Shown: piece by piece, positions 45,252 to 56,987 of the stretch
Numbering within the stretch: the stretch's first letter is position 1
How the letters are laid out: every line of letters begins with the position of its first letter
Origin: Xylographa opegraphella
Lineage: Eukaryota
Length of the DNA: 64,000 nt
Direction of reading: 5' to 3'
Assembly (NCBI GenBank): GCA_022813865.1
Contig: JALDZX010000008.1
Coordinates: 372,001-436,000, forward strand
Program-made: the position numbers and the translations under genes
The notes under the pieces: generated by a model
The model's database searches: none
Seen by the model: the letters and a program-made list of their open reading frames with translations, nothing else
Told to the model about the DNA's origin: nothing

Positions 45252-48019
45252 GTCGAGGTCTCTGTCGTCCGCACGGTGGAATGGACTGGTGGAGACGCCT
45301 TTCGCCCACGACCAAAGTACGAGCGATGGGGACGACTTCTTGTAAGCTCCCCTTTATGGGACGTGCTCGGGAGGTTTATCGTGAGGACGAGAATTGCATT
45401 TCCTGCCGTGTGTCAATCCTGGCAGACGCCCAGTCATCATCGGTCAAGCCATCAATGCCAAACCGAGAGCTCGTTTGGGAGGCATGCAAAGTTACCTACA
45501 GTCGAAAGCACGATTTAGACCTGCACGAATCTCGCATGCAGTCGGCCCCAGCGCCATGGCACTTTCACAGTTCGCCGTAGTCAGTGCAGCCGGCCCACGA
45601 ACTGCATTGTTCGACGACAAGCCAGCTGGAAGGGGCTTGGTGCTGGGGCGAGATTGACTTTGGACGGCGGATCATTCGACACAACGAGCGTTCCTGTCCG
45701 CTGTTGGGCGAGTAAGGTTGGTCCATCCATTCATCCCGACTTCGGATCGCGGGCTCAGGCTGAGGAAGAAGAGGTACGTACCTTTCTCGATAGGTCACGC
45801 CCTCGGACCGGGCTAGAGTAACTGCAAGAGCACACCGGCCTAGAACTTAGAAGCCACACACTGCGCAGGCGACACGAGGAGGTCCTGGTCCCCCTTGCTT
45901 TGACCCACGATGCATGCATGTCCCGTCATTGTGTACTGTGGTATCCACTCCTGCGGAGGCGTCCAGACCGCGCGAATGCTCACGGGTAAGAGAGCGATCG
46001 CCACGAGATGGCCAAGCACGACGACTGGATCTCTGGTTCTCGTCCGTCCCACGACAAGACGATCCATTATCCATGAGAGCACGCGTCTGATGTTCTGGGG
46101 GGCACCCGAATGCGTGTCCAGTCCGACGCACGGGGCGGCCATCGGATTATCGAGGCAGCGGAAAACGCAAGATGCACGAAAACCGGATGCACTACAGCCG
46201 ATGAGGCAAGTCGCGCGACTGAGGCCCGCCCCTCGCTGGTGGAACCGGGCGGTGGGGACCGGGGGCCGTCTTAGCACGAACTCTCCCGTTGTGCGGTGTG
46301 GGACTCTGTCGGAATGGCACAGGGTCATCCGGCGAAAAAAGATGTCGAGTTTCTCGGGTGGTGATTGCCCCATGCATAAATCAGGAAGGGGGTAACAGTC
46401 CGCCGGTAGCTGGCATCGTCCCGGCGAATCAGAGCCGTGGGGGCTTGTAGCGGGCGGAGAGATGACAGGCAGGATTCGGGGTGATGACAAGCGGAATGAG
46501 GAAGGATGACAGGCAGCAAAAAGCAGGGGTGAAATCGGAAGGTGCGTTATTATTTCTTGTCCGCATCAAGGTAACCTGATTCTTGTGCACCATCGCTCCA
46601 CCAGCCAAGCATCTCTTCTTCTTGCACTTTTTTCATCGGCCCACTCATCGTGCAGCCGCAGCACCAAACAAGGCCAGCTCGAAGTCAAACGGTAGCGTCC
46701 GCGTTCGGCCAAGCGAGATTCGTCGCTTACCATTGCCCCCCCTTCGAAATCAAAGTACCTACCTTGGGTCAAGTACCTGTTGGGCCAAGGTCACGAAGAT
46801 TGCATGCTCCGGTCCTCACGTTTCATCTGTATGCTAGAAAGTGTCTGCTGCAGCTGGACGAGAAAGGCAGAACCCACGATCAATATTCTTGCAGCGCGTT
46901 GTCGTTATGCGTCAGCTTTGGTTGGCCGACGTTGAATGGAAGGTGCCGTGGCGCTTGATGGAGGAATGAGGGCACAGGCGGGGGCACAGCAAGCACGGCG
47001 GGCACGGAGGGCACGGCAGGGCGACGCGCGGGAGGCGGCGATTACCTTTGCTAGTGCAGGGGAAAGGGCTTCCGTTAGTGCGGTGACTGGTCGAAACCTT
47101 GTGACGGAGCGGGTATAGCGCTGGAGGGGTCGAACACTGGTCGTGGTCCACCCCACTGCAGGGGCTTCATCCCTTCAGCAGAGAAGAAGAGAGCAAAAGA
47201 GCAATGCCGGGCCCGGGAAGAGAAAAGCAGCCTCTCCGCCAGTCTCGGCCCGTGCGTGCTAAAGAGCTGCTAGTCTTGGCCACTAGTGAAGGAAGCTCAG
47301 GATCATCGAGCCTTCCCCCATTGAGCCATTTGATCCCATCAAAAAGGTAACGAAGGTACCAACCACAGTAAGGATCATTCAAGAGTTCCCCCCTCTCACC
47401 TGGCTAGGGACTGCTCCGAGGCAGAACTCTCTCCTCCATCCCTTCGCTTCTCCTCCCCTGCTCTTTGTTGCCCCAAACAACACCGTCTGCATCTCCTGCT
47501 AACCAACTTGGCTCTCACCCCCCTAGGACGGCCTCGTCGCTTCCCAACCGATCATCAATGGCTCGAAACAGTCGTGGTCTGGAAAGACTAGTGAGTAGGT
47601 ACATACATACCTAAGGTAGTCTACTGGAAGCGTTCCATGGCACGTGGGATCGTCCTCGAATTCCCACCAAATCCCAAAACCCCCTTCCCCCCCCCATTTC
47701 CAGACCGCAATTAGACCACGATAGCCACACGATAGACTACGATAGACTACGATAGTACCTGATCGTGCCTCGATAAACGCCAGAGGCCAAACATGCTCCG
47801 TCCTCCGTCCACCTCTAGACCTGCCAACGCCGCGATGATCCCTTTTTAATACTCGTTGCCGCATCCGAACCCACTGCCGAGGCCACGCTCGACGAGATGG
47901 GAAAGTCGCCTTCAGCCGTCCATTTAGTCGCCCGTTCCCAGCGTCTTTCGTTTTGGGCGCAGCCACTAAACGCAGAAGCTTCGTGAGCGTTCACCCTTTG
48001 GACTGCCCCTTTTCTCACG

Positions 48020-49387
48020 ATGCTTTTCTCTCATGTTTCACGATGGGCCTCGTCCGCCGCCATCATCGTCTGCTCGGTAACGGCGTATACGCCCGCCTCA
48101 ACGGCGAAGACCGACCAGCTGGCCGCCCAGGGCTTGGTCAATCTGTATAATTGGGAGAAGCAGCATTATACCCGAGGCCAATCATGTCAGATCAACAATG
48201 GATACGTCCGTCAAGAATGGTATGTCAGCTTCCTGTGCTCCGCTTCTGTGGGGGGGGGGGGCTGTTGTCTGTGGAGAATGCTAACCGTGGTCGAGGACGA
48301 ACTTGACACAAACCCAAAAGACTGCCTTCACGGACGCCGTCCTGTGTATGATGCAGAAGCCGTCCAAGACGCCCAAATCCCTCGTCCCGGGCGCGAGGAG
48401 TCGCTATGATGACTTTGTGGCAACCCACATCAACCAGACCTTGACCATCCACGGCACCGTACGTTGACGGATGACAGCTGCCCCCCCCCATCGATGACTC
48501 CGCTGACCGGTGCTCATGCAGGCCAACTTCCTCACATGGCATAGATATTACGTCTACACCTTTGAGACCGCGCTCCGCAATGAGTGCGGGTACAACGGGT
48601 ACATCCCGTACTGGAACTGGGGGAAATCCGCCTTCGACCCCATCAACTCGCCATACTTCGACGGCTCCGCCGGAAGTATGAGCGGAAACGGCGTGTACGA
48701 GCCGCACAATGCAACTGTAGCCCTCCCCACCGGACTCAACCCCATCCCGCCCGGGCAAGGTGGAGGCTGTGTCACCACCGGTCCTTTCAAGAAGTATTGT
48801 CCCCCACCTCCTTCTCCCTATGGATGTCTGACTAACATCTCTCCCACAGCATCACCGTCAACCTTGGCCCGGTGGCCGCCACTCTCGCCGAGCCCGAGGT
48901 CGTGCCCGGCCCGATGATGGGCCTCGGCTACAACCCGCGCTGCATGAAGCGGGACATCAGCCCGTGGGTCACCTCGCAGTGGAGCACCGACGACGACACG
49001 TACGACCTCATCGCGAACAACGGCTCGAACATCTACTGGTTCCAGACCGTGATGCAGGGCCTCTTCGACCAGGGCTTCTACGGCGTCCACACGGCCGGCC
49101 ACTTCACCTTCGGCGGCGACCCCGGAGGCGACATCTTCACGAGCCCGGGCGACCCCATGTTCTGGCTGCACCACGCCCAGATCGACCGCGTGTGGTGGAT
49201 CTGGCAGAACCAGAACATCGACGCCCGCCTGAACCAGGTGTCGGCGACGATCACGATCAACAATCAGCCGCCGAGCCGGAACGGGACCCTGCAGGACAAG
49301 GTCGACCTCGGCGTCAACGCGCCGCCGGTGGCCATGTCGAACCTCGTCAGTACTATTGCTGGGCCCTTTTGCTACATCTACTTGTAA
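48020..49387 (+). CDS. Secreted short tyrosinase-family (di-copper) protein
   Basis: Signal peptide; CuA HINQTLTIHGTANFLTWHR; PYWNW; CuB HTAGH…SPGDPMFWLHHAQIDRVW; ends FCYIYL with no cap domain. Three introns. Confidence 0.95.
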
Positions 49388-51419
49388 TCACGGCCATACC
49401 TTTTTTTTTTCTGGGAGCGACGAAGGACGAGCGGCATTTTGATCTGACGCTTGGTTTGGGGTTTTCTGTGTTTTTTTGGTCGTTGTCGTTTTTGAGTGGC
49501 GTCGAAGATACACCATCGCCATACCGCTTGGCCGAGTTCTTGTTCATAGATTTTTGAGGTTTTTTTTCTGAGATTTTCTGGGCATCCCTCTTGGGATCGG
49601 CCCTCGTTGCATTGTCGTGCGGCGAGAGGGAAAAAAACGTAGTTGCATTGTGGCATATACATATCATACAGAACATACGGACATTACAGATACAGATAGA
49701 GCGAATGAGAAAAAGAGAGAACATTCACCTTTCACAATTCTTGTGCCTGTGCTGTTCGAGCTTTCCATCACTGTCGAACAGGGGGAGTTGTTTACCGTCG
49801 ATAGCGTTTGCTCCGGAAAACATCTGACGACTACTTTGTAGATAGCCTTACATGGCTTCTCTGGACCAACACGAACCCCCCATATTCGTGTTGCTGGAGA
49901 GGTCTATTTCTCACACCGCGCACCGCGCACCACTGTAGAATACTAGCTACAAACTGCTGCTTACATACACACCCGTGCCCATGGTCGCAATAGCCCCCCT
50001 CCCCCGTCCGGCCGCGGTGGAGGATTGTGTGATGATGAAACACCGCTTGCGGGCTGGCCCTGACGATGGCGAAACCAGGCGGCGACGAAACCCAGCCCAG
50101 CCCTGCTTTCCTGGGAAACGGTGTCGTGGTCCGGGGTATATTATTACACAGGGGTGGGAGTTTGGCATCGAAGCGTGCTTGCGCGGGAGGGGGGGGGGGG
50201 GTAGGTGGGTGTGTCAGGTACATAGATCTAAAGAAAGCGAACGAGAGATTGAATTGGTAGTTTAAAAAGAGGGAGAGGCAGAGTCGAGGAACCCATTTCC
50301 ATAGGCAGGGAGCGTTACGATCGACAGGGGAACAACATTCACACGCTGGTGTTTCTTGCAGAATTTCATGCACCCCCCCGCCAACCCATCTATTCATTCG
50401 GCCGATATGCGGAGGTGCGGAGCTGGTGTGTCGCATTGAACGTTTCTGTTGAATCTCCCAGGTACGGAGTACAAGCAGGTATGTAGGGGGAAAACAAGCA
50501 TGAATTGAATGAAGAGACGAAACGGCCCGTCAGCGCAGCCCCCTCCGCTCTCGAAACCCACCCCATCGTTTCGTGGTCCCCTCCCCCCAGGCCAGCCAGC
50601 CCCTTCCATCGTAAGCCCACGCCCTCCATTCCCACGCCCCTTCCACGCACCCGCACCATCCCACAACGTGGCCAAGCACGTGTGCTTCCCCACCCCCCCC
50701 TCCCCCGAAAAAAGAGCGCAGCACAAACGGTCGGTTGCAAGGCTGCACAAATCCCATACACACAACCACCATAACCACCACCGCATCGCGCCGAGGGCCT
50801 CAGCTCTTACTCGTAGGTAGTCCACACATACCTCCATACCGTGCAAACCATCTATCCACAGCGAATCTCTCCCACGGAATAAATACCCATCATCCACTAT
50901 AAACCCACCCACCACGACCGCTCCAGCCCAGAGAAAAAAAACCCGCTGCGCCTCACAACGCGTGCTGCGGGTGCCAAGCCCGTCCAACAGCGCACTAGCG
51001 TGCTGCGGAACAATGCGGTAAGGGAGAATGATGGTAGGGGTGGGGGGGCACGGAGGATGAGCGTGGAGGGGGAGGTGGTGGTGCTGTTGGATTTTGTTAT
51101 TGTTGGGGGGGGGGGGGAGGTTAAAGTAGCGGACGAGCTGCCCCTTTGCTGGGTTTGGTAGTTTTTCTATTTTTCTTGGGGACGGCTTTTCCTCTCGATT
51201 TCGTGTGTGGTGCTGGTTTTTTCGCGAAGCTGTTATTGGACGGGTTGGGTGTGAGTGGCACGTTTGAGTGAGCGAGGTGTTTGTTTGCGCTCGATCCGAG
51301 AAAAACAAAGAAAACGGGTTCGTCTTTGTGGCCGTTCGTCGGCTCGTCGTACGCAGACTCCGTGGGTTTTACGAGCTGGAAACTGCCATCGTGGTGGGAA
51401 GGCGCTTTTCCTATCTGGC

Positions 51420-51423
<4 letters not shown>

Positions 51424-51466
<43 letters not shown>
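51424..51466. repeat. (AG)~21 microsatellite
   Basis: Perfect dinucleotide run. Confidence 0.97.
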
Positions 51467-51470
<4 letters not shown>

Positions 51471-51562
51471 CCCTCAATCACGCCCTGGGGCATTTCCCCC
51501 CTCCCGGCCCTCCCCGCCCGCCACAACAACCTCCGCACACCATCGCCACATACACACCGACG

Positions 51563-52039
51563 ATGTGCTTCGGCAAAAAACCCGCCCCGCCCCCGCGCGC
51601 CACGTACATCTCCGCCCCCCTCTCGCACCCCTTCGACTACGAGAAACACCCGCTCCCGCCCTGGCAGAACGCCTACTCCACACACCCCATCCCCACCCCA
51701 CCATCCAAACCACACCCCGCCTACACCACGCGCTCGACGCCGCTGCCCATCTTCGACCTCGAGTGGCGCACGCAGCCGCTGAGTCCGCGGCAGCAACGGC
51801 TGCTGCTGGAGATGGATGAGAAGGAGGAGGAGCGGAAGGGTACGTCGCCGGGGGGGAGGAGGTGGTTGGGCCTGTACAGGCTGTTTCGCAATGTGGGTGT
51901 TGATGAGAGGGGGGGGTTGGTGGGTGGGTGGGAGGCGGTGGGGGAGAGGGGGGGGTGGGATGGGGGGTGGGAGCCGGTGGGGGAGAGGGGGGGGTGGGAT
52001 GGGGGGTGGGAGCCGGTGAGGAAGTATAGTATGTGGTAA
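51563..52039 (+). CDS. Possible small orphan protein starting MCFGKK (158 aa)
   Basis: ATG 51563; coding-like GC-ending codons; C-terminal 13-aa repeat GERGGWDGGWEPV. Confidence 0.35.
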   Translation: MCFGKKPAPPPRATYISAPLSHPFDYEKHPLPPWQNAYSTHPIPTPPSKPHPAYTTRSTPLPIFDLEWRTQPLSPRQQRLLLEMDEKEEERKGTSPGGRRWLGLYRLFRNVGVDERGGLVGGWEAVGERGGWDGGWEPVGERGGWDGGWEPVRKYSMW

Positions 52040-52105
52040 GGGGGGGGAAGCAGGGAGTGTTGGTTGGAGGTTTTGGGAAGGGGGGGGGTGGGGGGGTGGT
52101 TGGGA
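51905..52105 (+). repeat. 39-bp G-rich tandem repeat (~2.5-3 copies) and G-tracts with G-quadruplex potential
   Basis: ggtgggggagaggggggggtgggatggggggtgggagcc repeated; many G3+ runs with short loops. Confidence 0.85.
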
Positions 52106-52869
52106 TTTGGAGTCGAGGACATGTGCGCGGAAGAGCTTGGGGAAGAGTCGATCGAGATGGCCATTCCGCAGGCATTGGTGGACGGGGCTGGGTGGATGGG
52201 ATCCAGATTCGAGGGTATGGCCGTCATGCGCGGATGGCAGCAACGGTGTACGCACCGGAGGACCCTGGGGACGAGTCGATCAGGAGGCCATTCCGCAGCG
52301 ATATGCTGGACGGGGTTCACCCTCGGGATCCCCAAAGCACAGCTATCAAAATCCCCAGGCGTGACGCATCCAGCCACGGCCCGCCACGCGCACAACACCG
52401 GCCAGGCACTTCCCACCCCACACACACAGCACCCAACTCCCCACCACTCTCACCAAGGCGGAAGAAGCCTTTCTCTCCGGTACGCTCATCCAAAAGACCC
52501 AGTCCTCCGCCCCGGCCTCCAAGCCAGCCGTGACCTAACGCGCAGGTCTGCAAGCCATACTTTCAGGCGGCGGCGGTGGTGGTGGTATCACTCCCTTCCG
52601 CCCTACCTACCTACGTTGTACTGTTACTTTCCTGCACTCCCCATCCTCCTTTCTTGCACATACCTTGCGCCCGTAATTTTTTGCAGAGCGAGGCGTGTAT
52701 TGGCGTCGGGCGAGGCAGCCTACGGGCACTCCGGGGGGGGGGTTTTTTTTCCCGTATCGGATGGGACTTGCAGTTGCGTGCGAGAAAGTATAGGAATAAA
52801 TGAAGCTCTGAACAACGACGGCGGAGGGTTCGTTGTCCAGTATACTTTCTTTCTTTCTTTCTACGGTGA

Positions 52870-53115
52870 TGCTACCACTGATTACAACGTCTCCTACCTG
52901 ATCGCCCGGATTGCCCTCCGCTGCTGCGAAAAGCATTGCTGTTCGTGCAGCGATCTCACGTAAAGTCATATCGCCGGACGCCACCATGAACATCACGCCT
53001 TTTCCCGTCCGCTCCCTTTTTATAGCGCCATCGAGAAGAGCGCCTGGACTATATATCCGTGGTGATGTTCGAGAGCGACATCCCAGCGCCGTTTCGCCAT
53101 CTTCGTCACACATGT
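52870..53115 (-). pseudogene. Ankyrin-repeat gene remnant
   Basis: DEDGETAL/DVALEHHHGYIVQAL/LDGA across frameshifts, then a second unit DMTLRE..ARTAMLFAAAEGN. Confidence 0.5.
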
Positions 53116-53552
53116 TTCCCACCCACCCCACTCATTGCTCAGTAGCGTTTGGACGACAGGGCAGTGTGTCCGGGGCGAGGGGGCCGGTGCCAGAAGGGTT
53201 CCTGCACACTGGATTTTGAAGCCGGTGACCACACCGTACGTAGTACTGTTTTATCCTCGAGCAGGTATGAGATATCACTTGGGTGAAAACTATGCACTCA
53301 ACTATTTTTTTCGTATTGGACGGTCAAAGATGGAACCTGTGGTCTATGGTAGATAGTCATACAAGAATATCATGTACCTTTCCGCTCTATAGCAAACCTT
53401 GTCCCTTGTAGACCCGCAAAGTCTGGCTGCTTATCTATAATAGTCTCAGGAAGAGTACGACCATCCCTCGCTGCAAAAGTCTCCATCTAGACGCAACGGC
53501 CACCGGTTCCGAACCAATGCATGCCCTTCCGAGCCCTGCTCCAGATTGCGCG

Positions 53553-56383
53553 CTACTCCACCAGTCCCGCCGCAACAGTCTCTCCTCCGGCTCTGAGCAC
53601 CACCCTCATTCCCGCCTCGAGCGGCACTCCACCCTCCACATCCAGCTCGACCACCACCCTCGCTACCTCGCCCGGCTTGACCAATCTCGGCTTCTTCCTC
53701 ACCACCATCCCGCTCGACTTGTCCAACACACCCACAAGACGCGTCACCCTGCCGGGCGCGTGCAGTCGCCCCCGATGCACGTCGAGGTGCATAGGCGTTA
53801 CATGTTCGAAAGCCAGGATCTTCGCCCTGAAGCTTTTGACACTCTGGATGGGCGCTGAAGGCGAGCAGAGCACGTCGCCATGCTTCAAGTGTGCGGCATC
53901 AATGTCGCTGAGATGCAACGTCACGTTCTGGCCGGCGACGGCCCAGTCTGCAGGCTCGGAATCTACGTCCAGGGCTTTGACGAAGGCACTTTCCCCACTG
54001 GGGATGGCGAGGATCTTGTCGCCGATTTGAATGCTGCCGGCTTCGAGGCGTCCGGACACCGAGAGAGGGCTCTGTGTGTTCGTACGGGAGATGTCGTCAA
54101 TGGGAAGGCGGAGGGGCTTCTCGAGTGCACGAGTGAACGGCTCCGAGGTCTCGAGCTGTTGGATCAAGACGGGGCCTGTGTACCATGCCGCGTCTGGGTC
54201 TGCAGAGCGGGAGACTATATTGGCGCCTGTGAGACCGGAGCAAGGGAGGAATGACACGTTTCTCGATTGAAATCCTGCGGCGGTGAGGAAGGCGGAGACT
54301 TGCTGCTGTATTTCGTCAAACCGATCTCGGGACCAGGACACGGTGTCGAGCTTGTTGACTGCGACGATGAGACGCTGGACACCCATGCTACGGACAAGGA
54401 GGGCGTGCTCTTTAGTCTGGCCTTTCAGACCCGACTCGAAGCTGCCGGTACTGGCGTCGATGACCAGGACGGCAAAGTCAGCTTGCGAGGCGCCGGCTAT
54501 CATGTTGGGAATGAAGTCGCGGTGGCCGGGAGCATCAAGAATCGTGAAAGTCGTGGTATCGGTTTCGAACTTATTCGAGGCGATATCGATAGTGACACCT
54601 CGATTACGCTCCTCTGTACCTTGGTCCAGGACCCAAGCTAATGCAAACGATGATTTCCCGATAGCTTCTGCTTCTTTACGGTACTTATCAACCAGTCGTT
54701 GGTCGACAACATGAAGGTCCAATAAGAGCCGGCCGAGGAGTGTACTCTTCCCAGCATCGACATGCCCTAGAAAGCTTAGAACGTGCTTCAATTGTCTTGC
54801 GAGAACTGCGTACCAATTACAACAAAGTTCGCAGCTTTCTTCTTTTCTGATTTTCTGTATTCTGCAATAACGTTTAAATTTTTACTCTTCGCATGCGAAG
54901 CGTTTGCATCGATCGATACTCTGCTGATTCCTTCCGCGACTCCATCGACACTTTTATCGCTATTAGTACTTTTGTTATTCGTTTTCGAACCTTTCATTCC
55001 TGATTCAACATTAGAGGGAGCCGATGTTACGCATGTTTTATCAAACCTTTCGACGAGTTCTGAGCGTTGGCAACAACGTCATCAGGACTTGGACCTGCAA
55101 AAGGATCTGACTCAGTAATGTTCAATGTGTAAGGGTTGAAAAAGACGCTAGGATTGGTCAACGGGATCGGTGTACGAGTAGAGCCAAACATGGTGCGTGC
55201 GAAAATGGAAGGAGAAGCGAGATGTGCTGGTGGCGACTCCGGGATATCTTCTACGGGAGTCGAAGCTTCTTCACTTTGCGGAGGTGGCCCTTCTTCAGGA
55301 GGAGCAATGGGGTTCTTCGCAGGGTATTTCCGACCCTCTTTCGTTGTGGGCTGGCTCGTAGATGCAGTGTGGGATAAGTTGAATCTAGCTGTTCTCCCCG
55401 AACGAGCGTTGGTTTCCCCAATGATCCGCTTGCTCTCCTCGTTTTGATCACCAATTTTCAGCTTATCAAGCAGTGCAGTTGAGCTGGTGACCGGTGTAGA
55501 ATCCAGCCCGTTCAATTTCTCGTTCTCCCTCTTTTTGCGAGCTGCAGCCAAGGCGGCCAGCTTGGAGACCTTTGGGGCAGTTTCTCCAGAGCCTCCAAGA
55601 AGTCTACCACGGGGGTACAGCGGTTCAATTAAGATTACAGCTTGACGCTCAAGGGGAATCTCGAGCCAAGGACAATCTTTGAAGAAATCTCTAGCTGAAA
55701 ATGCCTGCGTACAGCTGTCCGCAGATGACATATCTTCTGGGCTCATGGTTGGATCTGTCCACGTACGGTCAACTTGGCCGAACAGAACTCCCAGAGACAA
55801 ACGCACCATAAATTGGCCCAGGCTCTGAAGGTGGAAGAGTACGGGATGATGGCAACATATTCAACCCACTGTGCGACGAAAAGAATGTCTGACCTACCTT
55901 TCGCTTTCTTTCCACTTCCTTCGCCCGTCTTCGTCGCTTTTCTCGGCTCAACATTACTTCTCTGGTCTGATAACATTAGCCACACAATTTAGTTTAGAAT
56001 AACAGTACATACTGAGGAGATATGTAACCGTCTTTTCAACATCATAATAGTAATGCCATAACGAGTCTTGGATGTCCTTATCGCTGATGGCGACTTCTGG
56101 ACCGACTATCGACCTGACTTGTGCTGTACCCTCCTGCATCTGCACTAGAGCGTAAGTTAGTCCAATCTACTCCGAACACTACGGGCCGTGCGTCGAAGAA
56201 GTGTACCTTTATCTTCGGCACTGAGCTCTAACGACTGGTTATTATAGGTCGTAATTGATGGGTATCGACTTTCGACCGACCATCTCCACCTCCTCCCTCT
56301 TCGTAGTCATAATCATATCCTCCGTCAAAGTCATCCAACTCATCATCCAGGTTCATATTCTTTACGAGCTTATGACGTGACAT
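53553..56383 (-). CDS. HBS1: Hbs1 translational GTPase gene with a Ski7-type cassette exon
   Basis: HBS1_N-like IQDSLWHYYYDVEKTV.YL; GHVDAGKST; RGVTID; DAPGH; NKLD. Exons 56383-56281, 56227-56207, 56144-56013, 55966-55898, 55754-55047, 54999-54814, 54766-53553. Confidence 0.95.
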
Positions 56384-56987
56384 GACTACCGCTTACCAAA
56401 TAAATCAAAGTGTAAAATGTGTAGTAAATGGTAGGAAGTTGAGACGGGTTTTCAGAATGCGGTCAAAGACTCAGCAACTTCGGTCGATAAATCGATTTGC
56501 TCAAATAGTTGGTCGTCTCCGTCGCTTCTCGCGTTTTAATGTATGAAAGCGACTAATTCCACAAACCCTATCAAATGACTTAATGCACTAGGACCTAGTT
56601 GCGGGCATTCCCGCGAATGCGAGAGTTGCTAGCGGGTCCGAGGTCGACGGACTTTCCTGAGGACTTACGAAGCCCTTCTGAACAGCCATGGAGCAGAACT
56701 TATGACATACATTACTTACCCATGTACTATCGAATCCGGCTACGTATGGTTCGTACCGCGTGTCTCATCGGCAAATTTAATTGGTATATAGTATGTTCCA
56801 ATATGGTTCAAGCAGCGTTATTCAGTGGGCCGACGTTTTTCATTCTTTATACTACAGTACTCTGGCGCAGACGCGACTTTTTGTGCCAATAATGAATCTT
56901 ACATGTCTTTCAGGACCTCATGAAGCCGCCAGATTATATGCCTCCATGATACCTTACATTGCAGAATCACGTAGCGTGGCAGCGTCG

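Larger units (their letters stand above)
41100..53300. other. Compositionally distinct island: GC-rich, with poly-C/poly-G and purine/pyrimidine tracts and microsatellites, gene-sparse
   Basis: Many C/G runs of 8 or more (e.g. ~43371, 48249, 50191, 51105, 52081). Resident genes have strongly GC-ending codons. One ambiguous base at 42756. Boundaries are approximate. Confidence 0.7.

Noticed and set aside
45300..48000. ORFs up to 216 aa in the PTH11-tyrosinase intergenic region
   Set aside because: They overlap on both strands with no codon bias or motifs; more consistent with promoter/UTR DNA.
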